Positions 1 through 7,840 of a stretch of 16,952 nt of DNA are shown here, piece by piece. The stretch spans positions 1 through 16,952 of the forward strand of contig CAUJGS010000111.1 in NCBI GenBank assembly GCA_963170185.1. The letters run 5' to 3'. Below the pieces are notes generated by a model. The model saw nothing but the letters and a program-made list of their open reading frames with translations, searched no databases and was not told the origin of the DNA. Position numbers and translations under genes: made by a program. Position 1 is the first letter of the stretch. Each line of letters opens with the position of its first letter. This stretch comes from Bdellovibrionota bacterium (GTDB lineage Bacteria; Bdellovibrionota; Bdellovibrionia; Bdellovibrionales; JAMPXM01).

Positions 1-230
1 TTTCTATGAACCAAGACGTCGACATGTACGCGGCCAAAGCTCAAGACGAAGGCGAGAAGACTTTGAAAACGTATGCTCACCGCCATCTCTGGGTGCAGGT
101 TGTAAAGGGGCAGGTCATGGTCGATGGTGTCGGGCTTCAAGCAGGAGATGGAGCTGGGATATCTAAGGTCGAGACCCTTAAGCTGAAGTGGGGCAAAGGC
201 AGTGAGTTCCTCTTGTTTGACATGCCTTAG
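1..230 (+). CDS. 3' fragment of a cupin/pirin-like protein; the 5' end lies outside the window
   Basis: The ORF runs in from the window edge, so the annotated ATG at 6 is probably internal. The motif HRHLWVQVVKGQVMVDGVGLQAGDGAGI resembles a cupin beta-barrel strand pair as in pirin/YhhW-type proteins. Stop codon at 228-230. Confidence 0.4.
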   Translation, partial: SMNQDVDMYAAKAQDEGEKTLKTYAHRHLWVQVVKGQVMVDGVGLQAGDGAGISKVETLKLKWGKGSEFLLFDMP

Positions 231-238
231 AGAAAGTC

Positions 239-277
239 GCCTCATTGTTTGCCTCAAGGTGAGGCAAACAATGAGGC
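239..277. repeat. Perfect 18-bp inverted repeat with a 3-nt loop (GCCTCATTGTTTGCCTCA-AGG-TGAGGCAAACAATGAGGC); possible terminator or protein-binding palindrome
   Basis: Read directly: positions 239-256 are the exact reverse complement of 260-277. A CGTTTTTG run follows at 291-298. The element lies 9 nt after the cupin stop codon. Confidence 0.55.
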
Positions 278-392
278 TCGGGCCGCGGGGCGTTTTTGTC
301 GGACCGACCAAGGTCCTGAGATTTGCGACCGAGACTCCTGCGAGACGCGAGTTTCTCATTGAAGGTATTGAAATTGCCGATATTTACCTAAG

Positions 393-2507
393 ATGGCTGA
401 CATCAAATGGCTGGTTAATCCAGGCGATCGGATCGATCACTTCACTGTCGTTTCGCATATTGGAGCGGGCGGCATGGGGCAGGTTGTTCTTTGTCGGGAT
501 ACGAACCTCAAACGTGATGTCGCGCTTAAGCTCATCGAAAAAGAAAATCAAACGGCAGATGAAACAGTTGTTCGTTTCTTTCAAGAAGGCCAGCTACTGG
601 CTCGATTGAATCATCCCAATGTCACGACGATCTACTCTTTTGGAGAAACCGAAGGGTTTGTCTACATGGCGATGGAGTACGTGAAGGGGGATCCGCTTCA
701 TAGTCTTATTCGACACAATCGTCTCAGCTTTTCCGAGATGCGAGAAATCACTTTGGATGTCGCAATGGGGCTACGTGAGGCTCACAAGCTGGGAATCGTT
801 CATCGAGATATAAAACCGGCCAATATTCTTGTAGATACCAATGGCAGGGCGAAGCTGATTGACTTCGGTATTGCCAAGAGTCTCGTTTCGGCCAGTGACC
901 TCAATACGCGAACAGGCACTATCGTAGGAACACTTAATTACATCGCACCCGAAGTTTTAGCCGACAATCCGGCGACTCAGCAAAGTGATATCTACGCCCT
1001 CGGCCTCGTGCTTTACGAGATGATCACGGGCGCGACGCCATTTTCTGCGACGAGTTTGGTGGGCACTTTGGACAAGATTAATAGGTCTTCTTTGGACTAT
1101 CCGGGCCACCTAGAGCCGCTGTTGCCCATTGAACTACGAAAGGCAATAGATCGGGCTTTAAAGAAAGATGTAGCCTTACGCACGGCCTCCATCGATGACT
1201 TCATTCGCGACGTTGAAGCGATTGATTTGTCTCATATCCCGAAGTCTTTCTTGAAGCGGTTGCGTCGAATCGAAGTAGGAAACTGGCGGGCTGTTCGTTC
1301 GCATTTGGAAGACCACAGTATTCCGCGTGCCGAGTGGCCGTTCATTGTTTCCCATGCGCTAAGCACCGCGTCTCCCGAGTCTCGGGCCATCAATCCAGCT
1401 ATCGAGGATCCTAGTTCGACTCAGAAAATTGAGTTATATGGGTCTTTGGATTTGAACACATCTTTGATTGAAAGTTCGATCAAAGATTTTAGACAGATCA
1501 GAGATCGTGCACGTGCGAACCACCGTCGCCCAAAAGTCGAGAGCAAAAAACCCGCTTTAGGTGTAGCTGTTTCGGCCTTCGCGGTGCTAGCGGTAGCGCT
1601 GGCGGCTTTTGCCCTTTATCCAAAGATTCATTCGGAACAGGTCGTGACCGGTATCAAACCTTTGCAACGGAATGCTGCTTCGGTTGTGCCAAAAGATAAG
1701 CCCGTTGAACGAGAGCAAGGGATTTCAGCTAGCCACACGGCAATCGTGAAACGTCTTCGAGAATTAGGTGTTGGAACGATCTTAGAGCCTGAGCGTCCGG
1801 TCAGTCAGGATACTTGGCCCCCGGTTCCGTTTCCCAACCCTCGTTTGGGCATGAGGCTTGTTTTTGGTGAAAGCCAAATCCATTCGACTGGCACTGTTGA
1901 GCGCGAGAAGCAGTTGTGGGAACTCGTGGCTTTTGATCGGCGCACACTGAAGTGGCGCGGCAGCAAAATTGACGCCAATGGAAACGAAATCGGTGCGCCG
2001 TTTTATGTTTGGAACCGCGTGAATGGAAACCTCGCTTCGATGATTCGCTCCGAGAATCACCATATTTTTGGCGATTCGCTGCAGACAATCGTCGGAAGGC
2101 CGGAAGCTCTTTTCCCTTTGAGAAAGGATAAGGCCGTCTTTTTCGAGCGTGTTAGCGAATCACATCGGAACACACCGGAGAAGTACGCCGAGTTTTCTAT
2201 GAAGACATTCTGCATCGTTGGCGATAAAGAATACCTGGATTTAAGAGGCGGGCAGCACGATGTCGTTCGGATCGATTGCTACCTGAACAATGGTTTGCGC
2301 CCAGACATTTACTACTACTCCGAAAAGTTCGGGATCAGCATTGTGTGGCGGGCTCAGCGTGGTGTTGGAGCGGGCAAGGTCATGACCGAGTTCATGCGCG
2401 AGCTGGAAGAGGTTCTCGATCTGGGGGCTGGCCTTAGCTATGCCGACTATTTAAAAGGGATCGATTCGACCCCTGTTGTCGACTACACGGGAAAACCCAA
2501 CCCTTAA
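393..2507 (+). CDS. Hanks-type Ser/Thr protein kinase with one transmembrane helix and a ~300-aa extracytoplasmic C-terminal domain of unknown function
   Basis: Kinase motifs are present: GAGGMGQV (P-loop), VALK, HRDIKPANILV (catalytic loop), DFGIAK, and the activation-loop APE. A hydrophobic segment ALGVAVSAFAVLAVALAAFALY lies mid-protein. The C-terminal 300 aa contain no motif I can name. Confidence 0.9.
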   Translation: MADIKWLVNPGDRIDHFTVVSHIGAGGMGQVVLCRDTNLKRDVALKLIEKENQTADETVVRFFQEGQLLARLNHPNVTTIYSFGETEGFVYMAMEYVKGDPLHSLIRHNRLSFSEMREITLDVAMGLREAHKLGIVHRDIKPANILVDTNGRAKLIDFGIAKSLVSASDLNTRTGTIVGTLNYIAPEVLADNPATQQSDIYALGLVLYEMITGATPFSATSLVGTLDKINRSSLDYPGHLEPLLPIELRKAIDRALKKDVALRTASIDDFIRDVEAIDLSHIPKSFLKRLRRIEVGNWRAVRSHLEDHSIPRAEWPFIVSHALSTASPESRAINPAIEDPSSTQKIELYGSLDLNTSLIESSIKDFRQIRDRARANHRRPKVESKKPALGVAVSAFAVLAVALAAFALYPKIHSEQVVTGIKPLQRNAASVVPKDKPVEREQGISASHTAIVKRLRELGVGTILEPERPVSQDTWPPVPFPNPRLGMRLVFGESQIHSTGTVEREKQLWELVAFDRRTLKWRGSKIDANGNEIGAPFYVWNRVNGNLASMIRSENHHIFGDSLQTIVGRPEALFPLRKDKAVFFERVSESHRNTPEKYAEFSMKTFCIVGDKEYLDLRGGQHDVVRIDCYLNNGLRPDIYYYSEKFGISIVWRAQRGVGAGKVMTEFMRELEEVLDLGAGLSYADYLKGIDSTPVVDYTGKPNP

Positions 2508-2582
2508 GCATTGCTAGAGAATCAAGGATATCATGCCGGGTAAGTTGCTGCGGCGGACTTTTTCATTTAGATTAGTCTTCGA

Positions 2583-3284
2583 ATGAACTTCTTCCGCTTC
2601 GGATTTCGCCAAATGCTTCCCGTGATGACCGGCGTAATTCCGTTTGGAGCAGTGATGGGGACGGCCGCTCACGAGGCGGGTCTTTCGGTGTGGCACTCGA
2701 CATGGATGAATGTTCTTGTCTTCGCTGGTGCCTCGCAGCTCGCGGCTGTTGATCTCATGACAAAGAATGTCTCTCTTTTGGTCGTCGTCGCAACCGGTCT
2801 CGTTATCAATCTTCGTTTCATTCTTTACAGTGCCGCGTTTTCGCCATTTGCGCGAGAAGCGGGATGGGGAACAAAACTTCTAAGTGCCTACATGCTGACC
2901 GACCAAAGTTACGCCGTGATGTCAGCCAATGAGGCACATTTTCGCAATAAACAAGATGCTCTGACTTTTTATTTCGGCTCTTGCGTCTGCATGGCGATTG
3001 CGTGGCATCTTTCCGTGCTTGCGGGATTTTATTTCGGCAACTTTTCGCCTCGTGACTGGGCGCTCGACTACGCGGTTCCTTTGAGCTTCGTGGTTTTGGT
3101 CATCCCCACATTGAAGACCTGGAAACATAGAGCTGTCGCCGTTTGTTCCGGGGTTTTTGGTATTTTGTTCCGCGATCTTCCGCTCAATGTCGGTTTGTTG
3201 GTGGCGGCCTTTTGTGCGATGGCGGTTGCGCTGTTGTTGATGCGCCTAGCTGGTTTGACGAAATCGGTTCGAGGTGCGCGATGA
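2583..3284 (+). CDS. azlC: AzlC-family branched-chain amino-acid exporter permease
   Basis: Polytopic membrane protein. The N-terminal pattern MLPVMTGVIPFGAVMG...LVFAGASQLAAV is typical of the AzlC/LIV-E family. It is followed by an azlD-like gene with a 4-bp ATGA stop/start overlap. Confidence 0.75.
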   Translation: MNFFRFGFRQMLPVMTGVIPFGAVMGTAAHEAGLSVWHSTWMNVLVFAGASQLAAVDLMTKNVSLLVVVATGLVINLRFILYSAAFSPFAREAGWGTKLLSAYMLTDQSYAVMSANEAHFRNKQDALTFYFGSCVCMAIAWHLSVLAGFYFGNFSPRDWALDYAVPLSFVVLVIPTLKTWKHRAVAVCSGVFGILFRDLPLNVGLLVAAFCAMAVALLLMRLAGLTKSVRGAR

Positions 3285-3607
3285 TCGACAACGTCTACTT
3301 CTGGAGCGTGGTAGCCTTGCTTGCGATCGGCACATTGCTGATTCGGTTCTCGGTGATCGCGTTCTCAAACCGCTTTGAAATCACAGATCGGCACCGCGAG
3401 GTTTTCTCATATATTCCGGCTGCGATCATTCCGGCTATCGTTGTACCGATGGTGTTCTTTCATAAGGGCAACCTAGATTGGTTGGCTGGCAAAGAGCGTC
3501 TGTTTGTCGTTGTGCTGGCGGCGGCGGTTTGTTGGTTCACGCGAAACATGCTCGCGACCATCGTCTTTGGTCTGGTTACCCTTTATCTCCTCACGCATAT
3601 TTTTTGA
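3281..3607 (+). CDS. azlD: AzlD-family small membrane protein, partner of AzlC
   Basis: About 108 aa with 3-4 hydrophobic helices. The start ATG at 3281 overlaps the azlC TGA (GCGCGATGA). The longer ORF from 3143 listed in the track would overlap azlC out of frame, so it is not used. Confidence 0.65.
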   Translation: MIDNVYFWSVVALLAIGTLLIRFSVIAFSNRFEITDRHREVFSYIPAAIIPAIVVPMVFFHKGNLDWLAGKERLFVVVLAAAVCWFTRNMLATIVFGLVTLYLLTHIF

Positions 3608-3758
3608 ACGTCACGACGTGGAAAGTGTACTCGTCACTCAGGGCGAGACTCCTTGAACGCGCGTTTAAACGCGATTCGGCGAAAATCACGTCATGGCACA
3701 AGTATTTCTAAGTCTCCTTAAACAACACCCTCAAGTATCAACTTAGGAAGGAGCAGTT

Positions 3759-4208
3759 ATGGCCGACAACTCGGTAAACAACGACCACTCGCTACGTGAA
3801 CTCGTGGCGCAGACGTTTGTCATTTACATGAAGACCTATGCGCTTCATTGGAACTACGAAGGGCAAAAGTTTTTTGGAGTGCATTCTATGACGGAGGCCC
3901 AATACGAGGAACTCGCGGCTGCGATTGATGTTTTGGCCGAAAGGATGCGGGCCATGGGGCAGTCGACACCTGTTTCCTTGCGTCAAATCTTAGAGAGCTC
4001 GCATATGCGAGAGCTTCGCGAGGCCTCAGATGAGCAAGCACTTAAGGATTTGGCAAAATCCAATCGCCAGATCAGTCAGCTCGCTGCAAGTGTCGCGGAA
4101 ATGGCCGAGAAGGTTGGGGATCACTACACGCACGATCTCGCCGTTAGTCGAATCGGCGTTCACGATAAACACGCTTGGATGATCGAGAGTTTCTTTAAGG
4201 CGCACTAA
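3759..4208 (+). CDS. dps: Dps (DNA-binding ferritin-like protein from starved cells)
   Basis: 149 aa. The ferritin-like ferroxidase region (FVIYMKTYALHWNYEGQKFFGVHSMTEAQYEEL) matches the Dps family. A strong RBS GGAAGGAG lies 6 nt upstream of the ATG. Confidence 0.85.
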   Translation: MADNSVNNDHSLRELVAQTFVIYMKTYALHWNYEGQKFFGVHSMTEAQYEELAAAIDVLAERMRAMGQSTPVSLRQILESSHMRELREASDEQALKDLAKSNRQISQLAASVAEMAEKVGDHYTHDLAVSRIGVHDKHAWMIESFFKAH

Positions 4209-4227
4209 AACAAAAAAGGGGTCAAAC

Positions 4228-5598
4228 GTGAGACATCAAGTAAAACACAGAAATAAATATGCCGGTGGCCTGTCGGTTCTTGCAATGTTGGCGATGGGCG
4301 CTTGTGCAACCCATGAACGAGCGGTTTTGCCAGCGGACGCCAACCCTCAGGTGGAGATCGAGAGGGTTGAAACAGACCTAGTTGCGCTTGGTAAGCGTCA
4401 TGGCGCTTTGCTTTCGCCAGATAGCTACGAACGTGCGATCGAGTACACGAAGGACGCACGCGAAGCAATGGAAGACGGGGATCGCGAAGAGGCGTTAGAC
4501 GATGTGGCTGTCGCGCGCGGCGCTTTGGTGAAGGTCTCCGCCAATGTCGAGAACTTCACGCCGCAATTGCTACCGGTGCTTGAGGCGCGAGCGTTTGCCT
4601 TGGATGCGGGAGCCAATGTCGTAACGCGTGATTCGCTGGACGAAGCCGACAAAGATTTAAGAAGGATCGGTCACCGTATCGAAGGCGGGAAGTTCGTGAT
4701 GGATCACGAGCGCGACACGGAGCTTGCGACGAACTATCGTAGAATCGAAATCGAAGCGAGAAAGACGACGGTTCTGGGTGAGAGTCGCGAGATCTACAAA
4801 AGGGCTGTGGCCGAAGGGGCCGAGAAACACACCGCTAAGTTGGCGGCGGAGACAAAACAAGCTCTGATTTTGGCTGAGCAAGCTATAGAGAGAAGCGTGC
4901 GATCGCCTGTTGGATATCAAACCGAGGTGAAGATCGCCGAGGGGTTAAGTCGAAAGCTTCGCGATGTTCTGGCCTTGGCAAGACAGGACAAAGTCAGTGA
5001 GGAGGTCGCATTAACCTTGTGGAGCCAGAAAAATGAAATCACACGCGTGCAAGACAAGCTCGATACGCAGACGCGTTTGGTGAGTGATCAGCAGCGAGAA
5101 GTAGGCGACCTCAAGCAGGAAAATGCCGAGCTTTCCGCTAAAGAAGAGATCGATCGCAAAATCAATGCGGCTCGCGAAGGGTTTGCCGCCAATGAGGCAG
5201 AGGTCGCCAAGGTCGGGAACAATGTCGTGGTTCGTCTAAAGGACATCGGTTTCACATCTGGAAGTGCCGAGCTCAAAGTGAAATCGCTCGACACCTTGGA
5301 TAAAGTGGCGGAACTGGTGGCGCAAATGCCAGTGGCGAAAGTCGTCGTTGTCGGCCACACGGACTCCAGTGGTACTCTGAAAAAAAATATGGAGATCTCC
5401 GAGGAGCGTGCGTTGGCCGTGCGAAATTACTTCGCAAAGCAAGCGCAGTTCAAAGATGTGGAGATCGATAGCCGCGGGGTAGGTCCGCAAAGACCTATCG
5501 CACCAAATAACACGGCCGAGGGTCGCGCGGCGAACCGTAGGGTTGATGTCGTGATAGAAACCAGTGCTGGCGCTTCAGGTCGGACGGTGAGTTTGTAA
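4228..5598 (+). CDS. OmpA-family lipoprotein with a long central coiled-coil
   Basis: GTG start with RBS AAAAGGGG. The N-terminus LSVLAMLAMGAC is a signal peptide ending in Cys, so lipoprotein-like. The central region is coiled-coil rich. The C-terminus carries an OmpA-like peptidoglycan-binding domain (VVVGHTDSSG...EERALAVRNYF...NRRVDVVI). Confidence 0.8.
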   Translation: MRHQVKHRNKYAGGLSVLAMLAMGACATHERAVLPADANPQVEIERVETDLVALGKRHGALLSPDSYERAIEYTKDAREAMEDGDREEALDDVAVARGALVKVSANVENFTPQLLPVLEARAFALDAGANVVTRDSLDEADKDLRRIGHRIEGGKFVMDHERDTELATNYRRIEIEARKTTVLGESREIYKRAVAEGAEKHTAKLAAETKQALILAEQAIERSVRSPVGYQTEVKIAEGLSRKLRDVLALARQDKVSEEVALTLWSQKNEITRVQDKLDTQTRLVSDQQREVGDLKQENAELSAKEEIDRKINAAREGFAANEAEVAKVGNNVVVRLKDIGFTSGSAELKVKSLDTLDKVAELVAQMPVAKVVVVGHTDSSGTLKKNMEISEERALAVRNYFAKQAQFKDVEIDSRGVGPQRPIAPNNTAEGRAANRRVDVVIETSAGASGRTVSL

Positions 5599-5898
5599 CC
5601 AAGCTTTGAAATCGGCCAACAGTCGTTGGCCTTTTTCGCGAACTTCACTATCCAAGAGCGCCTCCATCTCGCGGGCTATACCCTCGGCTTCCGGAAAGCC
5701 AAAACTACTGAGGTTGCCCGCGAGCTGATGGCCAATACGACGAAACTCATCTCCGCTTCCAGATGTAAGACTTGCTTCTAGAACCTCGACGTCGGCCACG
5801 CGCCGGTCGAGATAACGTTCAATCAAGGCTTTTGGGAGTTCATCGTTTTCCATCCGCAATTTATAACGTGGATTTCTCGGAACTTCAAAGTCCATCAT
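5575..5898 (-). CDS. Single-domain Hpt (histidine phosphotransfer) protein
   Basis: FRRIGHQLAGNLSSFGF matches the Hpt helix consensus H-x-L/K-G/A-x-x-x-x-G with the phosphorylatable His. The start is uncertain: the track ORF begins at a TTG at 5928, and the first ATGs are at 5898 and 5895. The 3' end overlaps the convergent OmpA-like gene by 24 bp. Confidence 0.55.
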   Translation of the reverse strand: MMDFEVPRNPRYKLRMENDELPKALIERYLDRRVADVEVLEASLTSGSGDEFRRIGHQLAGNLSSFGFPEAEGIAREMEALLDSEVREKGQRLLADFKAWLQTHRPT

Positions 5899-6000
5899 TT
5901 GAACTTCGCTACGCGAAATCTTCGTCAAAACGAAATCAGTCGGTGTTTAGGATGGAGGCGCTTTTGCACATCTTCCAGGAAACGCGGTTTAAAGGAGGAC

Positions 6001-6456
6001 ATGAAGGTGTTTAATTTGGGACAGAGTCTGATTTCCAGCACGATTCGAAAGTTCTGTTTGGGTCTCGTCCTAAGCGGAGTCCTCATCTTCTTTGCGATTC
6101 GAATGTTCTCACTGGCCGAAAACCTGGTGGATCCCGAATGGTTTTCTCAAGCGAACTTGTTCGGGCTTTATAGTCTCGGGTTTTTAGCTGGTTTTGCGGC
6201 ATTGCTTTGGATTTCGCGAGACGAGCGAGATCCAGGAAAAGGTGATGCCAAGTCAGCCGAGCGTTTTTCGCAAAGAGCCAATGGCGGTCTTGAATTGTCG
6301 TTTGAGGCGATCGCGGCGGAATTCGCGGTGGGTCTTATCGAGGGTCTCAAAAGCAAAGAGCCCGTGGGCGCCTCCGGCGATGTCAAAGTTTCGAATGTCA
6401 GCAACCAGACCATCAACAAGGAGAATCAGTATGATTACGAAGAACCATTTCATTAA
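6001..6456 (+). CDS. Hypothetical membrane protein (2-3 TM helices)
   Basis: A perfect RBS AAAGGAGGA lies 2 nt before the ATG at 6001. Hydrophobic segments are present (LGLVLSGVLIFFAI, LYSLGFLAGFAALLWI). No recognisable family. Confidence 0.5.
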   Translation: MKVFNLGQSLISSTIRKFCLGLVLSGVLIFFAIRMFSLAENLVDPEWFSQANLFGLYSLGFLAGFAALLWISRDERDPGKGDAKSAERFSQRANGGLELSFEAIAAEFAVGLIEGLKSKEPVGASGDVKVSNVSNQTINKENQYDYEEPFH

Positions 6457-7027
6457 ATCGATATCTTGTGCGGCCGTGTTGGCTTCGAGTTTCATTTTGT
6501 CGGAAGCTTTAGCTGATGTCGATACCTCGCAAACGTCATCGGCTGTCGTGCCGATGCGCCCTGTGGCGGAGGAGTCGGAGCTTCGTCCTCACGTCGGGGT
6601 CATGATGGGTGTTGCCAATCCGGACGGCGCGATGTCGACAACGCCGCTTTATGGGGTTGATATCGGGTTTCAGCCGTATGTTCCGTTCTCTGCCGGTTTA
6701 GAGCTTTCGCGCAGTGATGTCAGTCATGGCGCTTCCGCCGAAAGAAACGAGCGTACTTTGGCGCTTGCGAAAGCCGCTTACAATTTTGGTGGAACCATTC
6801 CGATCATCAAAGACTCCTATGTGGGAATCGGTCTTGGCGCTTCTATGAATGTCGACGGCACGAATCTCATCTCAGGTCCACTGGCGGGTTTTGACGTGAA
6901 GCTGACCAACGGTTTGCTTCGTGACGAGGATCGTGTCTCGCTAGGGGCTTTGGCAAAGTACCTTGTCCAAGAAGGGGAAGAGCCCAACCTTCTTGCGCTG
7001 ACCGGCATGGTGAAATACTGGTTCTAG
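6431..7027 (+). CDS. Small outer-membrane beta-barrel protein (OmpW/OmpA-barrel-like) with signal peptide
   Basis: RBS AAGGAG lies 7 nt upstream. Signal peptide SISCAAVLASSFILSEALA-DV. Alternating amphipathic beta-strand pattern and a C-terminal ...KYWF (terminal Phe is the OMP sorting signature). The annotated ORF from 6194 would overlap the upstream gene, so the internal start is used. Confidence 0.6.
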   Translation: MITKNHFIKSISCAAVLASSFILSEALADVDTSQTSSAVVPMRPVAEESELRPHVGVMMGVANPDGAMSTTPLYGVDIGFQPYVPFSAGLELSRSDVSHGASAERNERTLALAKAAYNFGGTIPIIKDSYVGIGLGASMNVDGTNLISGPLAGFDVKLTNGLLRDEDRVSLGALAKYLVQEGEEPNLLALTGMVKYWF

Positions 7028-7104
7028 TAATTGGGTTCAATAGTTGAACGTAAAAGTTCAAGCCTTCCACTCGACTAACTCGAAAAACATGTCAGATGAA
7101 AATA

Positions 7105-7134
7105 AGACCCCGCTCATGCGGGGTCTTTGCTTTG
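7105..7134 (+). terminator. Rho-independent terminator after the OMP gene
   Basis: AGACCCCGC-TCAT-GCGGGGTCT hairpin followed by TTTGCTTTG. Confidence 0.7.
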
Positions 7135-7168
7135 CAATACTAATTCACCATCAACCAAGGAGGACACA

Positions 7169-7426
7169 ATGTCTATGAACACAAATATCGCTCAAGGCAA
7201 ATGGCGTGAGATCAAAGGTGAAATCCAGAAGGCGTGGGGCAAGCTCACAGATGACGAGCTGGAGAAGACCAAAGGCGACGCCAAAGCGATCGCGGGAATT
7301 TTGCAACAAAAGTATGGCCGTGCCGAAGAGGATTTCAGCGAAAAGCTTGGAAGCATCTTCAGCCGATTTGAAAACACCCGAGAGCGGGCGACCGAGAACT
7401 TCAAGGACACCTTGAAGCGGGTTTGA
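7169..7426 (+). CDS. CsbD-family general stress protein
   Basis: RBS AAGGAGGA. The sequence IAQGKWREIKGEIQKAWGKLTDDELEKTKGD..ILQQKYG is the typical CsbD repeat signature. Confidence 0.8.
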   Translation: MSMNTNIAQGKWREIKGEIQKAWGKLTDDELEKTKGDAKAIAGILQQKYGRAEEDFSEKLGSIFSRFENTRERATENFKDTLKRV

Positions 7427-7461
7427 AGAACGAGTTGGTGAATCAAGATACAGGAGGAAGC

Positions 7462-7749
7462 ATGTCAACAGCAGTAGAAAACACGATGTCGACTCTCAAT
7501 GGAGCGGGAAAGGTTTTGAAGCGAAAACTCAATGACGGCGATATGCCTGCGACGATCGAATCAATGGCGCACTCCGCCGGTAAGTCGCTAGGTGAGGTTG
7601 CCTCACAGTTTGTCGACTCTGCGGAAGACTACGCCGAAGAAGGTCGTCGTTACATTCGAAAAAACCCTTTGACTGGTGTCGCAGCGGCGGCAGCCGTCGG
7701 AATGATCGCGGGCGGTCTTCTCTCGACGGCGCTTCGTCGCTCGAGGTAG
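7462..7749 (+). CDS. DUF883 / ElaB-YqjD-like C-tail-anchored stress protein
   Basis: RBS CAGGAGGA. It has a C-terminal TM anchor GVAAAAAVGMIAGGLLSTAL. The overall layout matches the ElaB/YqjD/YgaM family, which is often adjacent to csbD-like genes. Confidence 0.7.
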   Translation: MSTAVENTMSTLNGAGKVLKRKLNDGDMPATIESMAHSAGKSLGEVASQFVDSAEDYAEEGRRYIRKNPLTGVAAAAAVGMIAGGLLSTALRRSR

Positions 7750-7789
7750 TCAAAACGGCTTTATCCCCAAAAAAGCCTTACCCCTCCAA

Positions 7790-7830
7790 CCCCGATCGAT
7801 GACCCTCGATCGGGGTTTCTTTTTTCTTTT
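7790..7830. terminator. Bidirectional rho-independent terminator between convergent genes
   Basis: CCCCGATCGA-TGACCC-TCGATCGGGG hairpin. It is flanked by a T-run on the plus side (TTTCTTTTTTCTTTT) and an A-run upstream (CCCCAAAAAAGCC), which reads as U-rich for the minus-strand gene. Confidence 0.7.
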
Positions 7831-7840
7831 GCGAGAGGCG

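Noticed and set aside
3143-3607. 154-aa ORF as azlD
   Set aside because: The 5' 46 codons overlap azlC in another frame. The ATG at 3281 gives the typical ~108-aa AzlD with an ATGA start/stop overlap.
6194-7027. 277-aa ORF as a single gene
   Set aside because: The first 79 codons overlap the well-supported membrane-protein gene (6001-6456) out of frame and have no signal peptide. The internal ATG at 6431 has an AAGGAG RBS and yields a proper signal peptide, so that start was used.
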